Positions 24,188-37,618 of a stretch of 64,000 bases of DNA are shown here, in pieces. Numbering within the stretch: the stretch's first letter is position 1; the number at the start of each line of letters is the position of its first letter. The stretch comes from Malacoraja senta (lineage: Eukaryota), in NCBI GenBank assembly GCA_038087875.1, contig CM075979.1, forward strand, positions 86,800,001 through 86,864,000, read 5' to 3'. A program made the translations under genes and the position numbers. The notes under the pieces were generated by a model that ran no database searches, was not told where the DNA came from, and saw only the letters and a program-made list of their open reading frames with translations.

Positions 24188-27053
24188 GATAACAGAAGAG
24201 CACAGTGCCAACAGCCTGCAGCTCCTACACCATAGCCACGAGAAGGCACAGGAAGGTAATCACATCCGTAAAGGTGAGCAGGTTCTGTAGCAGCAGAGCA
24301 GCTGCAGAAAAGGCTGCCAAGTGGCTGAGGGGAACATCATGGGACTCACAAGGCCTTCAGTGTGGCCACCCTGCCACATAAACTCCTCAATCCCCTTTTA
24401 CAATTACTGGCACAGATTGAGCTCTGTACTGCCATTTTCCCTCAGTCCCAGGCAGACACAGACCACAGCAATGAGTATTGCGAGACCACGCTGCAAGAAG
24501 TATGCAGAGCATTAAACTCTGACAGGCATGAGCAGGCAGCGGCACATCACTGCGGCCTTTGGCATCCTTGCATTCATATCTGTACATGACAACTTGCTGC
24601 CTGTTTTGCTCCCTGTTTTTGCTGGGAGTCGTAAACAAAATTCTAAGTGTAAATTATAAAAATGAATGCATTTCTGAGACAAATGATTTTAGTCCATCAC
24701 CTCTGTGACTTTTCTGACAGCATTTGTACAAATTAGACAAGATTTGTGATGAAGAATGATCTAGCCCAGGTAGCGATCTTTGTATTAAGTTGTTTAACAC
24801 TGATCAGTCTAATTGATCAGTCTAATAATAGAAGCTACTGAAATCCATTGTGTTGTTCAAGTTCAGTTATTAATATCTAGTCCATGATGATCAATTTTAA
24901 TGTGCGTGGGTTACGCAGGAATAGAGGTTCATAGCATGAAGTAGATAAGAACAAGTTGTGTTTTCCACTCAACGTTCTCATCTTAAATTCCCAGCTCAGT
25001 ACAGCTATTTGACCATTATTGTTTTTGATTCAACATAACTAACTGTATTTTTGAATTTCCTAAAACATTACTTTTAGTTTGTTCAAGGGTGCAGGACCAT
25101 GACACACTGTTTCCTATGGTTGGATGCATTTAAATATGAAAGGATGGCTGAGACCCAGAGTGCATACAGCATAGCTTAGATCCTGAAGCAGAAAGATTCC
25201 ATCCAATTTGAGACAAAAACTGCAAGCAATTGGGACATTCCCAGTAACTGACGTGGCAGCCATTTGTTCTCTTTGTAAGGGGGATTTAATCCTCTTCTAT
25301 ACATCGCACTTGTGGCTTGCAAATGGTACCAAAACCACTAAACACATGGTTTGATAATAGTGCACATCATCTAAATTGTAAGCAGGTTGTGTGTCATATT
25401 TTACTTGTATCCGCTGCCCAGATGTTGAGTTTAGTGGAATGACTGTTCACTGACCTTACATTCGCAGGAGCACCAGACCTCGCTTCTCAGCATGGGTCCT
25501 GCTGAATGTTGTTGAATTGTGTTGTTAATAAGCCGAATACTTTTCTACGGTTTTGAGAATCTGTTCGACGAGGCTGTTTTAACTAATCTGATTGTACACT
25601 GGTCGAGTGAACTATAAGATTTTGTTCATACACCCCAGAGCTTAAAACCAGAATCACAAAATGGTTGCACCATAGAATGAGCCCATTTGCTTAATAAGTC
25701 CGTTCCAGGTCCATTGAGGAGCAATTCACCAGTACCTTATTCCCATAGCCAATAAATTCCTTTCTTTCAGCTATTTGTCTTGCTTCACTTTAGATGTTAC
25801 ATTCAAATTTGTCTGGCAGTACATTCCAGACCTAATGACTTGCTGTATATATATATATATATTTTTTTTTAAAATCCTTGAGTCATATTTGATTCTGTTG
25901 CTAATCACCTTTGTTCTGCACTCCCTCATTCTCCACCCCTACACCAATGTGAATGCTTTCTCTCCATCGGCTGTGTCTATATGCACGTTTTTTAAATTGT
26001 TCTATCTGATCCCGGCCCAACCAACCTCTTCTATTTCAAGGGGAACAACCCTGGTTCTCCAATGTATCCACAAAAAGATCTCATCCCTGGAATAATGATT
26101 GGAAATTTCCTCAGCACCCTCTCTTGAACTCTCGTACATTTTCCTAAAGTGTGGTCTTTTCTCTTCACTGGAAAAAGTTTGGTACGTTCTTGGCTGGAAA
26201 TTAATGAATGTTGCACAGAGGTAGTGAGAGTTACGTGGGTGAGTTTGGTCGTAAATTGCAGGAATGCCACCATGCTGTGCGATTAGTGTGAACCTGCAAC
26301 TTTTGGGTGCACTTAGATGATGTCATATCTCATGCACTGCTCATTTGCAGCTGAAAATGGGTTATGATTTCTGCTGTGGGGCACTTGGGGAATGAGGTAT
26401 TCACAGTTACATTTGTTTTATCGGAGCTATTTAAAGGTTACTCAGCAGAAATGTATGTGCCCATATGTAATAATAATGTTCTCAGGCTGTTCCACTTTAA
26501 GCATTGTATCTTGTAACCAACTGCTGCCTTATGAGGCAACACTGTTCAGAAATATAGGCAAGTTTTTGGCACTCTGAAGAAGAATGCTGTTCCTGACACT
26601 GAAAGCTTTTAATTCATTAATATAATAATTTTATAGTTTGAACTCTGCACTTTTTAGGAATCCAAATGAGAGATACTTAGGTGTCAGCCATTTTAGCATT
26701 CCTGCTGATCAAGTTAGAGCCGTATATCCATGTCATTATCTCTTAGATACTGGAAGCTGATAAGTTAAACTGGCAAAATGTAAACTTTTTTATTTAGTAA
26801 AACAGAGAATGCCAAAATGATTATTTTTGTGTGCTTCCTGTTAGACAAGCAACCAGTCAAATAATCCCAAAGTAACAAGTAACAATAAACACACAGGGTG
26901 CAGTTAGTCAAGTGGTACATATCTTAAAGGAGTGTTTAATAAATATGGCATAAACTGTCCTACATCCTTGCTTTAATAACGAAAAAAGAAAAAGTGAAAC
27001 AAAATTAGGCAATGTAAATGTCTGAGTAATTTGACACATCCTTCAGAGACTTT

Positions 27054-27408
27054 ATTCTTAAGGGGTTGGACAGGCTAGATGCAGGAAGATTGTTCCCGAT
27101 GTTGGGGAAGTCCAGAACAAGGGGTCACAGTTTACGGATAAGGGGGAAGTCTTTTAGGACCGAGATGAGAAAATCATTTTTCACACAGAGAGTGGTGAAT
27201 CTGTGGAATTCTCTGCCACAGAAGGTAGTTGAGGCCAGTTCATTGGCTATATTTAAGATGGAGTTAGATGTGGCCCTTGTGGCTAAAGGGATCAGGGGGT
27301 ATGGAGAGAAGGCAGGTACAGGATACTGAGTTGGATGATCAGCCATGATCATATTGAATGGCGGTGCAGGCTCGAAGGGCCGAATGGCCTACTCTAGTTT
27401 CTATGTTT
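27054..27408 (+). mobile_element. 5'-truncated CR1 (HER1-like), nearly identical to 3291-3630
   Basis: ORF 27066-27329 DRLDAGRLFPMLGKSRTRGHSLRI...GYGEKAGTGY*. Confidence 0.95.
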
Positions 27409-27831
27409 ATCGTGGACCATTCTTCCATATTTGGACTTTCCTGTATTGTGATAGTTTTGAGCCTTCTCGCTAGGTTTCCTCACTCTCTCTTGTTGTGTGG
27501 GGTTAGTGAAGTACCAAATCTGGGTCACACTGAGGAAATTGAGATTTGGCCTTTAAATCTATCAATAAGCTACCGAGTTCTGGGTTTTGCAGTACATGCA
27601 CTTATATCTGAGACCTGTGGCCACTTAAACTGCTGATTGGAACTCCCAGTAAAACTGAGCTCAGTCTTGTTGTCAACAAATGTTGATGTGTGGAAAACGC
27701 TTCCAGCTGTACATCCTGCTTGCAACGCGGAAATGATTGATGTTTGTGGTTGGTGACTGAGTGGAATATACAATAAAGTGAGTTTTGAATCAAGTTAAAA
27801 CTGTAAAGTTTTGGAGTAATAGACAAATTAC

Positions 27832-28160
27832 AGAGTTATACAGCACAGAAACAGACCCTTCAGCCCAACTTGTCCATGCAAACCAAGATGCCCCATCTAA
27901 ACCAGTCCCATTTGCCCACATTTGGTCCATATCCTTCTAAAAAAACTTTCCTATCCATGTAACTGTTCAGTGTCTTTTAAATGTTTAAATGTTGTGTCCC
28001 AACTACCTTGTCAGGCATCTCATTCCATATACCATATCCACCACCCTCTGAGTGAAAAACTTGCCCCTCGGGTTCCTATTAAATCTATATCCTCTGATTC
28101 TTGATTCCCCTACCCTGGGTAAATGGCGCTTTGCAGTCACCCTATTCATTCCCCTCATGG
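27832..28160 (-). mobile_element. CR1-clade 3' fragment
   Basis: cagcacagaaacagacccttcagcccaacttgtccatg..ttgcccct..tctgattcttgattccccta. Confidence 0.75.
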
Positions 28161-28289
28161 TTTCCCAAAGCTCTATGGATTCTGGAATTTGTTCCTGTAG
28201 ATTGAAATGTCCAAATGTAACCCCACAAATGAAGAAAGAAAGGGGTGGGAAAATAGGGTCGCTGTTAGTCCAATATCAGTAGCTGGGGA

Positions 28290-29195
28290 AATACTGTTAC
28301 ATATAATGAAAGATTGATTATCAAAACATCTTGAATAGGGTAATAGGATTGAGAAGAATCAGCATGAATTTATGAAAGGTAAATCAGGTTTGAATAATCC
28401 ATTGGGTGGCACAGTGTGGCCATTGGTAGAGCTGCTGCCTCCCATCACCAGAGTCCCAGAGACAATCCTGACCTCGAATGCCGTCTGTGTGGAGTTTGCA
28501 TGTTCTCCCTGTGACTATGTGGGTTTCCTCCGGGTGCTCCGGTTTCCTCCCACATCCCAAAGACATACGGATTTGTAGATTAACTACCCAATGTAAATGT
28601 CCCAAGTGTGGAGGGAGTGGATGAGAAAGTGAGATATCATAAAACTAGTGTGAACAGCTGATCGATGGTTGTGGTGGACGAAGGGCCAGTTTCCATGCTG
28701 TATGTGTCTCTAAAACTAAAACACTGGAATACTTTGGGGATGTAACAAGCAGAAGAGATAAGGGGACTTCAAATATATTGGGTTTGCCATACAAGGAGAG
28801 GTTGAGTAGACTACGTGTCTATTCTGTAGAATTTAGATGAATGGAAGACGGTTTCATGAAACTTACAACATTTCTCTGAGGCTTGAAGGTTGGATGCAGG
28901 AAGAATGTTTCCACTGGCAGAGTCAAGAAGCAGGGATCCCATCTCAGAACAAGAGGTGGGCTGGTTAGTTCTGAGGAGGAGAATTATTTTTACACATAGA
29001 GTGGTGAATCTACCAAATTCTCCATCCAAGAGGGCTGTGCAGACTCAGTTGTTAAGATTGAAAGATTTCTTGAACGTTAAGGGAATCAGGCTACAGGAGG
29101 AACGTGCAGGGACACAGTTGGCAGAAGAAACTCAGCATTGATCTTAATGAATGGTGGAGCAGGATTCAACGGGCAAGAGGCCTGCTCCTGCTGTT
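28290..29195 (+). mobile_element. Degraded CR1 ORF2 fragment interrupted by a V-SINE
   Basis: NQH.FMKGKS.LNN [SINE] LEYF.DVTSR.DKG ... DAGRMFPL..SR.R ... FTHRVVNL. Confidence 0.75.
28404..28721 (+). mobile_element. HE1-type V-SINE
   Basis: tRNA head, V-domain gtgtggagtttgcatgttctccctgtgactatgtgggtttcctccgggtgctccggtttcctccc, CTAAA tail. Confidence 0.88.
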
Positions 29196-29547
29196 TGTGT
29201 TGTTATATTCACAGTTGCAATTTGCCACAGTCACATTGTATTCTGTGAAATTGAAAAATATCAGGAGTAAAACCAACCCAACAGACAGAAAACACACTCT
29301 GAAATAAAACAAAAAATGTACAAAATGCTCGCCAGTATTTCTCCTAAGTATTCACCTATGGGAAATGTTGTCAACAGCGCTGTCTAGTAACACTTAACCA
29401 AAACCTGCTCACCGTTGCCAAGTTTGTTTTTTTCCAAGACCACTTGGCTCCACATTTTATCACAGCCTTTGTCCAAATATGGTCCAAAGAGCTGAATTCA
29501 AAGATGAGGTGAGAGTGACTGCCCTTTACATCAAGGCAACATTTGAA

Positions 29548-29565
29548 GTGTGTGTGTGTGTGTGT
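29548..29565. repeat. (TG)n microsatellite
   Basis: Seen directly. Confidence 0.9.
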
Positions 29566-29982
29566 ATTCAAGGACCCCTCTGAGAAATCAAGGTGAAAAT
29601 ACTCTTGCGGCTAATTTTATTCTTATACAAAAGAAATTACGTGTGGTTATTGTGGGGGCGTGCAGGTAGTGAGCAGGGACCTGCCAGGACTTTTGTGAGT
29701 GTCCCTGTTTGAGGGGAGGTTGAGCCATGAAGGGGAAGGATTTGTGTGCAGTGGGGTTGGGAGAGAGGCCAATGAATGAGGCCTCTCTGGCACATTTGTG
29801 TGGCTACAGGGATGGGGAATGGTGTGGAGGGTGAGGAGACTAACCATCACTTTTCAGGGATGGGGTAAAGGTTGTGATCAGAGGTTCTGTGTAATGGTGC
29901 ATGAACATGTGAGCATTCGGGGACTTGCCAGCATCCTTGTAAGTGAAGAAAGGGAAATCAGTGAGAAAGATATTGGAGCGGA

Positions 29983-30191
29983 TACAAGGAACTGCGAATG
30001 CTGGAATCTTGTGCAAAATATAAAGTGCTGGAGTAACTCAGTGGGTCAGGTAGCATCTCTGGAGAACACGGATAGGCGATATTTTGGGTCAGTCTGAACA
30101 ATGGTCCCGACCCAAAACGTCACCTATCCATTTTCTCCAGAGATGCTGCCTGACCCGCTGAGTTACTCCAGCATTTTGTTTTTGCTCAAGA
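29983..30191. mobile_element. Palindromic PLE-derived element with a mutated hammerhead
   Basis: tgctggagtaactcagtgggtcagg..ttttgggtc | agtctgaacaatggtcccgacccaaaacgtc..ctgagttactccagca. Confidence 0.85.
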
Positions 30192-33149
30192 TGTCTGTGC
30201 AGTTCAGTTTAGAATTGATAATAACATGGATGAAGAGTTTTAACAAGGTAGAGATTGGCAATGATAAGGGGGTAAATTTGGGGAAACTTGGCTGGGTATA
30301 TAAGGAGCTGTCAGAATTGCTAAACAATTGATTCAGCCTGAGACAAGGAAATGGAAGGAGTCTAAAGTGAGGGCACGGAGTTGGAGTCGGCCTATTCCTC
30401 TGTGAGAGGAAATAACAGATCATTTAAGACTGGATGGCAGCTTAGTCATTTTACAGCACAGAGGGGTTGGAAGGGTGGAGAGACATTAGCGCGCGGGGTC
30501 AGTGGGCATGTGGAACTTACTTGTGTCGGCAGATAATGTTGCCAAGAGGCTGCATGCAGATGAGGAAGGGGAAGAAATTACAGATAAATTGTTTCAATCA
30601 TGCTTTTGTTTAAAGAAAAGCTATGAATCAAAACCAGGAAAGTTGGCAAAAGTTTCTAATTCGTTTTTAAAAAGAAGACAGCAAACCTATCAAATCACTT
30701 CAGATACTTTGTGAAAATCCTAACTGTGATAGCATGCTCTCCCCACCAAACTGAACATATAATACAGAAGTAAGCTTTGTAATATAATAAAGGCATAGAA
30801 AATTACAAATGTTGAGAACATGATTAAACTTGCATATAGACTAACATTTCCTGTCTTAGAGATGCCTCTAAGCTCACCAGACACCAGTACCTATGAATTT
30901 GTGATGTGGCCTAGAATTTTGTGCAGCTTCCCAGATGTATCACTGTCTGCTAGACAGACTGAAGTTGGAAGGCCACGGTTCCAGTTTTTCAGACTGCCAA
31001 ATCCCAAGGTACTTTAGCACAGGTTGAATAAATATTTTTTGGAGCTAGCGAAGAGGAAAATATATTTTTAAATATTACAAATCATTCTTTAGTTTTTGAT
31101 TAGTGTGGGTAATCTTTCTAAATGAAGTTTCTCAACTTAAAAGGTAAAATGACGCCCAGTGAGTGCTGGTGTAAAGTCAGTTCTTTACGTAGATTGGGAG
31201 GAGGAGAAAGTACTGTAATAATAATATTAGGACACTTATTTGGATGGGATTGCTAAACCAACAAGCATAAGAAAACTGGTTTCAGAATCCCTTAAATAAT
31301 ATGCTGGCTGGGACAAGTTCTTGAGAACATGAGTTCTTGAACAAGCATTTATAGAGATTTTGTGTTGTTAATTAAACTTTCATTTAACTGTGATTGCAAA
31401 CTTTGTGGATGTCATCATGACTGATTATTGAAAGTTGTGAAGGAAGCTATGTTACCTTCAAATACTGGAGACTGTAAGTTGATGTTTGTCACACCAATTC
31501 ACCAAATGGCCAGGACAAGTATTCATCAAATTCAAAGAACAATTGCATGATTCATTTGTTTCTTCGAACAAACATTCCCAATTTGTTATTCAATTTTATT
31601 TGATGTAAACCTATGGAACGCCGTTGAACATAAAACCCATTCAACAGTTGTGATTGCCAGTGTAATCAATAGCACAAATGGGAAGAATTGGTTTGATATG
31701 TGAGGCATTGTTCAGAACAGTGACCTTTTCACTTTGGGAATTTTGGATTGAAAGTTGACCTATTTAAAGGGAAAATAGTATTTTCCGCTAACTAAAAATA
31801 TCTCCAGGAAATGGGCTTGGGCAGGTATTGTGGGCACAAGACTGTACTTTAAAGCTGCCTGTTAATTCAGAACAGATTAGTACCAAAATGGTAAAATCGC
31901 ACAAATATGGGGAAATATAGGCAAAATATTTTCTTCCATTGTAGAAATTCTCCTGCTTTATAAATAGAACTGAGTTGGCTTTAGAATTATCTGCCTGCTA
32001 CAGGTTGCCAGCAAATTATTGATGTTGATAGAAATATAAAGGAATTCCATTTCCAACCATGAGCTTCCTAATCAAATGCTCAACTTTTCACACTCTTGCC
32101 TGAGAATAATTTAAAAGAAACATTCTAAGGTTGTAACGTATAATTTAGTTTCTTAAGTGCAGAATTTTATTATTTTCCACCACCATTTAGTTCTTTATTT
32201 TCTGGCCAACTTCTGTTCTTTGCTCAACTTGATGATTTTTACAGCATATTTCTATTTTTGAAGCTGTTCCTTGACTGGTGTTTTCTAATTGAAGCAGAGA
32301 GTTCAGATGTATATACATATATTTCTACCTTACGTTTTTGTACTTCACCGATGATCACGCAATTTAAAAGCATCTCGTAAATCAAGGAGGAACTGTCAAA
32401 TGAAGGAAGATGTTTTTTAAATCATGGCAAATCATTTCTAAACCTCGTAGGAGCTGGTTACATGCGAGGTTGCATAATCATGCATATTATGTAATGTCAC
32501 TTGAAATAACTTTTAAACTTAGATTGAATAAAATAAATCAAGTTTGGAGATTTGACACCAGCCATTAGAATGTCGTCACCATATTTTCATTGCTGGTTTA
32601 ATGTTTCCTATATTATGGATTATATTATATGGATGTGAACTATAGAGACGAGATTGGAACTGGCAAAGCCTTGCATTTTTGTAAAGGTTTTGGAAACATT
32701 TTTCAGATTCCAGAACGTCCAACCCATAGTCACATGAAAAAATACATCACAAATGAAGCACGAGACTCACAGGTCCCACGATTCATGTTACTCTGAGATA
32801 GGCTTTGTTGAAAAGCCTTTAATACTGGTTGGGAATGCAGATTTGTCTCTGGAAGAAGTCATAATGTTGACGATGGTCAGGGGAAAGAAGTTGATTTTGG
32901 ACTGTGATTCTTTGGAACCAATTCAGATAAAGACCCTTGAAGAATTGAAGAGGGTCAATGCTTCTTTGGAACAAGAATTATTGTTACTTTTAATAATTTT
33001 TTAGACCATCGGAGTGTTTTTGTCCAAGCAATAGTTTGTAACTACATTATCGTGGAATAGTGTCTCAAAGTTCGTAAGGCACTGTTTAAAACAAAACAAA
33101 TTGTCTTAGTTACGGGCACATTTAGTATTAAGGGATATCTACAGTTCCA

Positions 33150-34140
33150 AGGAGCGCACTTCCTCGTGGACTATCCTCTCGTCCACACAACCCTTCAGTT
33201 ACCCCCTGGCCCATTTGTGAAGGAGTCTGCAGTTCATTCATTGGCTTCATCAGTCACTGTAGACCCACAGAACCAGAATGGAAGCAAGTTATCCACAATC
33301 TAAGAAGGGAAGACTCTTGTGATGTAACTTGGTCAGGTTGATGGGTGTTATTTTTGATGCTCAAGTACAGTCCTCATCAAACCAGGCTTGAGTCCCTGGG
33401 CTTGATGGTAATGTCAGAGTGATGGCAGCCCAAGTGGTTATAGATTGTGCTGAAAAGTGATTGTGATTCTGCCACTACTGATGGACTACAGCACCTCTCA
33501 AAAGGCTATTTTTGACCTGCTGTCTGATGATAGGAATACCAAGTACCCAGACGGAGTGACCTCAGAATGAGGATAGGACGTTGACTCCACAAGGGCACTG
33601 TGTTAGACAGTCACTCCTTCCATTTCTATCGTGCATTGATGCATCTGCGATGCGAGATTCATGATGATTCATGAGGATGAGTCGTCCCTTGTGTGAGACC
33701 ATTTACCACCTACAAGCCTTGACATCTCTGAGGTTAAGGATTTGGCCAGATCAGAGCTATCTTCCACACTTGCTGATGGCTATTGGAGTCTTCCGCCCAC
33801 ATCACCCAATTTGAACTCTTGCTCCCAAATTCTACTGTAGAATCATGACGCACAACATACCGCCTGCAGTCAACATCCACTCATGGGATGGATGTGTCAA
33901 GCCCATACTTGCCACCTCACAGAGTTTACATCACATCAGGCTTGGATCCCTCTCCAAAGTAGGAAACTGATTGGGCCTGTGATGAGATTCGTCAAGGATG
34001 GGAGTCTGAGGGACTATGTCAGGCCAGTCCAATCTTCCGGGCCCATCCAAATCCTGCTTTAGTCCCACTACTATCGATGTAGTAGGCATAGAATAGTCAC
34101 TGTAAAACTGTCGCAGTACTGGTGGGTATATTTCTGCCAT
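33150..34140 (-). mobile_element. Highly degraded non-LTR retrotransposon (APE endonuclease region, CR1/L2 group)
   Basis: Resembles from memory a common shark LINE endonuclease segment (tccacaagggcactgtg..gatgcatctgcg..tgatggctattggagtc); no intact frame. Confidence 0.4.
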
Positions 34141-34961
34141 TGTATAATTCTATCATGCTGTGCAGGAGGCATGTTCTTCATTATATAACATTGGGATATA
34201 GGCCTGGCGGGCAAGGTGGAAAGGGGCTTGAGTGTAGTGATGAGTGGTATGGCAAGAGGCACTAAGTAAAGCAGTAAGGAGCCATGATGAGAGCAGCCAA
34301 GCAGTGATGCGAGAGCATTAATAATGATGGTATTTGTGCTTTTAACCATGACCAATATTTTCACTATCTGATTATATATTTTTCAAAATAAAACTGATTT
34401 CCCACGAATGGCCATTGTAAAAGGTATGAATTTCAATTTGACCCACAGAATAGGTTAGGTAATCATATGGAGGACATTTGCAGGTCAGTTGGTCTATGTT
34501 TCTCTTTTGTAGTCCTGTCTAATTCTTCTTATATTTGTTAAGAGAGTAAGTCGGTGTCTATTGCATTGCTGTGATTCCGGCTAAATATAGACCAGACCAG
34601 AGGAGTTTAGATCATCTTTCCTTCAGGCTATCAGAGTCCCAGGTGAGTCTTTTCCTCAGCCCATTGGTTCCATACTGAACTTTATTCTAGAGGGACGTGA
34701 TTAATTAAATTTAAAATTCCCCAGATGCTGTGGTTAGATTTGAACATGTGTCCCTGACTCTGGATTCCTGCTCCAGTGATATAGCCACAGAGATTACATT
34801 TTCCTAATTCAACCAGAGTTCACTGTAAAAGGGCAGGTGAACCGTGGTTACTGAGAGAGCACTTTTACTGACTGGGCACAGGCATGAGGACATAAATTCT
34901 GACTTCCATGTTAGATTGCCTATCAATGCGCACAGGCTGATCCCATCTAATTGCTAGTTTT

Positions 34962-35807
34962 AGACAATAGGTGCAGGAGTAGGCATTCGGCCCTTTGAGC
35001 CAGCACCGCCATTCACTGTGATCATGGCTGATCATCCACAATCAGTACCCCGTTCCTGCCTTTTCCCCATATCCTTAAGAGCCCTATCTAACTCTCTCTT
35101 GAAAGCATCCAGAGAATCGGCCTCAACTGCCTTCTGAGGCAGACAATTTCACAGATTCACATCTCCGTTCTAAATGGCCTACCCCTTATTCGTAAACTGT
35201 GACCCCTGGTTCTGCACTCCCCTAACATCGGGAACATGTTTCCTGTCACTAGCGTGTCCAAACCCTTAATAATCTTATATGTTTCAATAAGACCCCCTCT
35301 CATCCTTCTAAATTCCTGTGTATACAAGCCCAGTCGCTCCATTCTTTCAACATATGACAGTCCCGCCATCCCAGGAATTAACCTTGTGAACCTATGCTAC
35401 ACTCCCTCAATAGCAAGAATGTAATTCCTCAAATTTGGAGACCAAAACGTCACACAATACTCCAGGTGTGGTCTCACCAGGGCCCTGTACAACTGCAGAA
35501 GGACCTCTTTGCTCCTATACTCAACTCCTCTTGCTATGAAGGCCAACGTGCCATTAGCTTTTTTCACTGCCTGCTGTACCTGCATGCTTACTTTCAGTGA
35601 CTGATGTACAAGGACACCCAGATCTCGTTGTACTTCCCCTTTTCCTAACTTGACACCATACAGATAATAATCTGCCTTCCTGTTCTTGCCACCAAAGTGG
35701 GTAACCTCACATTTATCCACATTAAACTGCATCTGCCATGCATCTGCCCACTCATCCAACCGGTCCAAATCACCCTGCATCCACATAGCATCCTCCTCAC
35801 AGTTCAC
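34962..35807 (-). mobile_element. 5'-truncated CR1 LINE (RT C-terminus, frameshifted)
   Basis: ORFs 35397-35807 (QGDLDRL.EWA..WQMQFNVDKC) and 35157-35369 (RRMRG.LIETYKI, RTRGHS); (CTATTGT) tail. Confidence 0.95.
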
Positions 35808-36064
35808 AGACTTTTATCAAACTTTTCTCTGAACTTTAGAACTTGATCCTCTAATCTTTACCCATAGCTCATCCCTGTTGTATTTGGCATCATTTTTGTT
35901 ATTATTCTTTCCAAATCCATTGCAATATGTTCTTTCACTAGCCTAGTGACCTAAATTAAGTATTCCAGATGTGGACTCAACAGCGCATTGCAACATCATA
36001 CAATAACCTCCAACTGTATTCTGTTGGTTAAGACACAATTAAGTGTCCCAATTTTAAATAATAA

Positions 36065-36205
36065 AGACAGAAAATACTGGATATATTCAGCATGTCCAGC
36101 AGCCTCTGTGGGGAGAGAAACAATTGACCTTCAAATGAATGATTATCTTTGATCTGAGACTGTTATATTTTCCCAGATGCTGTTGAACTGACAGAATATT
36201 TTCAC
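36065..36205. mobile_element. Old palindromic PLE-derived element
   Basis: aaatactgga..ttcagcatgtccagcagcctctgtgg..ccagatgctgttgaactgacag. Confidence 0.5.
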
Positions 36206-36206
36206 T

Positions 36207-36503
36207 AGTTTAGTTTAGTTTGGAGATACAGCGTGGAAACAGGCCCTTCGGCCCACCGAATCCACACCGACCAGCGATCCCTGCACACTAACACTATCCT
36301 ACACACACTAGGGACAATTTACATTTATACCAAGCCAATTAACTTACAACCCTGTATGTCTTTGGCATGTGGGAGGAAACTGAAGATCTCGGAGAGAACC
36401 CACGCAGTCATGGGGAGAACGTGCAAACTCCGTATAGTCAGGATTGAACCCTGGTCTCTGGCGCTGTAAGGCAGCAACTCTACCGCTGCGCCACCGTGCC
36501 TCC
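36207..36503 (-). mobile_element. HE1-type V-SINE
   Basis: (TTTAG)n tail, reverse V-domain and tRNA head. Confidence 0.9.
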
Positions 36504-36589
36504 CTAATTTAACTTTATTTATTTTCAACATCTGCATTTATTTTATTTTTGTCTTAATTTTAAGTGGCAGCCCTAATTCAGTGGTGATG

Positions 36590-36952
36590 TCCACATCCCT
36601 AAGTCTGAAAGTCAAGATTCATCCAGAGACCAAAGCACATGATATAACTGCAGTTACAAAAATGTATTTCAGGTAAGACACTCGACTGAGGTCTACAGCA
36701 CTTCTAAGAAGAGAAGAAAACTGTTCCTGATGTCCTAGACAACATTTATCCCTCTATCAATACAGCAAAACTGTATGCCTTCAATTACCATGTAGCCCTT
36801 TAGAAAACTCAACTGCTTTTAGATTAGATTAGATAGCCCTTTATAGGCTCTTTTGCCTATAAAAGAGCAATGATCACACTTTAGAATGACTTTGCTAACT
36901 GCAAAATGCTTTGGAACATCTTGAGGTCACGAAAGGTGCGATATAATGCCTG
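36590..36952 (+). mobile_element. Ancient Deu-domain SINE (SacSINE1/AmnSINE-like)
   Basis: gaagagaag..tgtcctagacaacatttatccctc..caa and 3' gcaaaatgctttggaacatcttgaggtcacgaaaggtgcgatataatgc resemble the recalled DeuSINE consensus. Confidence 0.55.
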
Positions 36953-36993
36953 GAACCTTTTTCTTGTTTAACACTGAACAGGTTGTTCATGAT

Positions 36994-37146
36994 AGTAGAC
37001 AAAAATGCTGGAGAAACTCAGCGGGTGAGGCAGCATCTATGGAGCAAAGGAATATTCCTTCACTCCATTGATGCTTCCTCACCCGCTGAGTTTCTCCAGC
37101 ATTTTTGTCTACCTTCGATTTTTCCAGCATCTGCAGTTCTTTCTTA
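36994..37146. mobile_element. Palindromic PLE-derived mini-element (hammerhead lost at the fold) with 17-bp TSD
   Basis: aacaggttgttcatgat at 36977-36993 and 37147-37163; near-perfect inverted repeat of about 58 bp centred on gaatattc. Confidence 0.92.
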
Positions 37147-37618
37147 AACAGGTTGTTCATGATGGTGGTGAGAATATGAAATATAAATCTCAAAATCGGG
37201 AATAATCAGAAATAAAACCCGGACATGAATGTAAGATGTCAAAGAGTGCAGAAAGGAGATCCATCTGCTTCAAATCATTGCACTTACGCTATTTTGAAAT
37301 AATAGTGATTTTCTTATCCTGCTGCCTTGATTTTATGGCCCTTGTGTGTTGGGAAGCACTGTTATTGTTGTTGTGAGTTTCAGATCCTTCCTTATTTGTT
37401 TGTATGATTTAGTTGTCAGTAACTCATTATTTTGTGTTCATTTTTATTTTTATTTCTCTGGCTGCGCTGCAGATATGTCCCTCCAGCTCCTCTGCTTATC
37501 TTGGTGATCAACTTTGTGGTGGCAGTGGCTTCTGCTTGTTCTGGTGGTAATGGCCGTATTTGCAATGGCAACACACGCTGATGTTTAACAGGCTGCCCCC
37601 TGTGTTTTCTTCCCACAG

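Noticed and set aside
32753-33004. ORF with a coiled-coil-like end (KTLEELKRVNASLEQE)
   Set aside because: No similarity to ERC sequence that I recognise and no convincing splice sites
1-37400. ERC brain-specific DEEEGIWA* exon and the upstream ...KPSPDQ exon
   Set aside because: Searched by eye and not found; probably upstream of the window. The gatgaggaaggggaagaa near 30559 is not followed by IWA and has no acceptor tract
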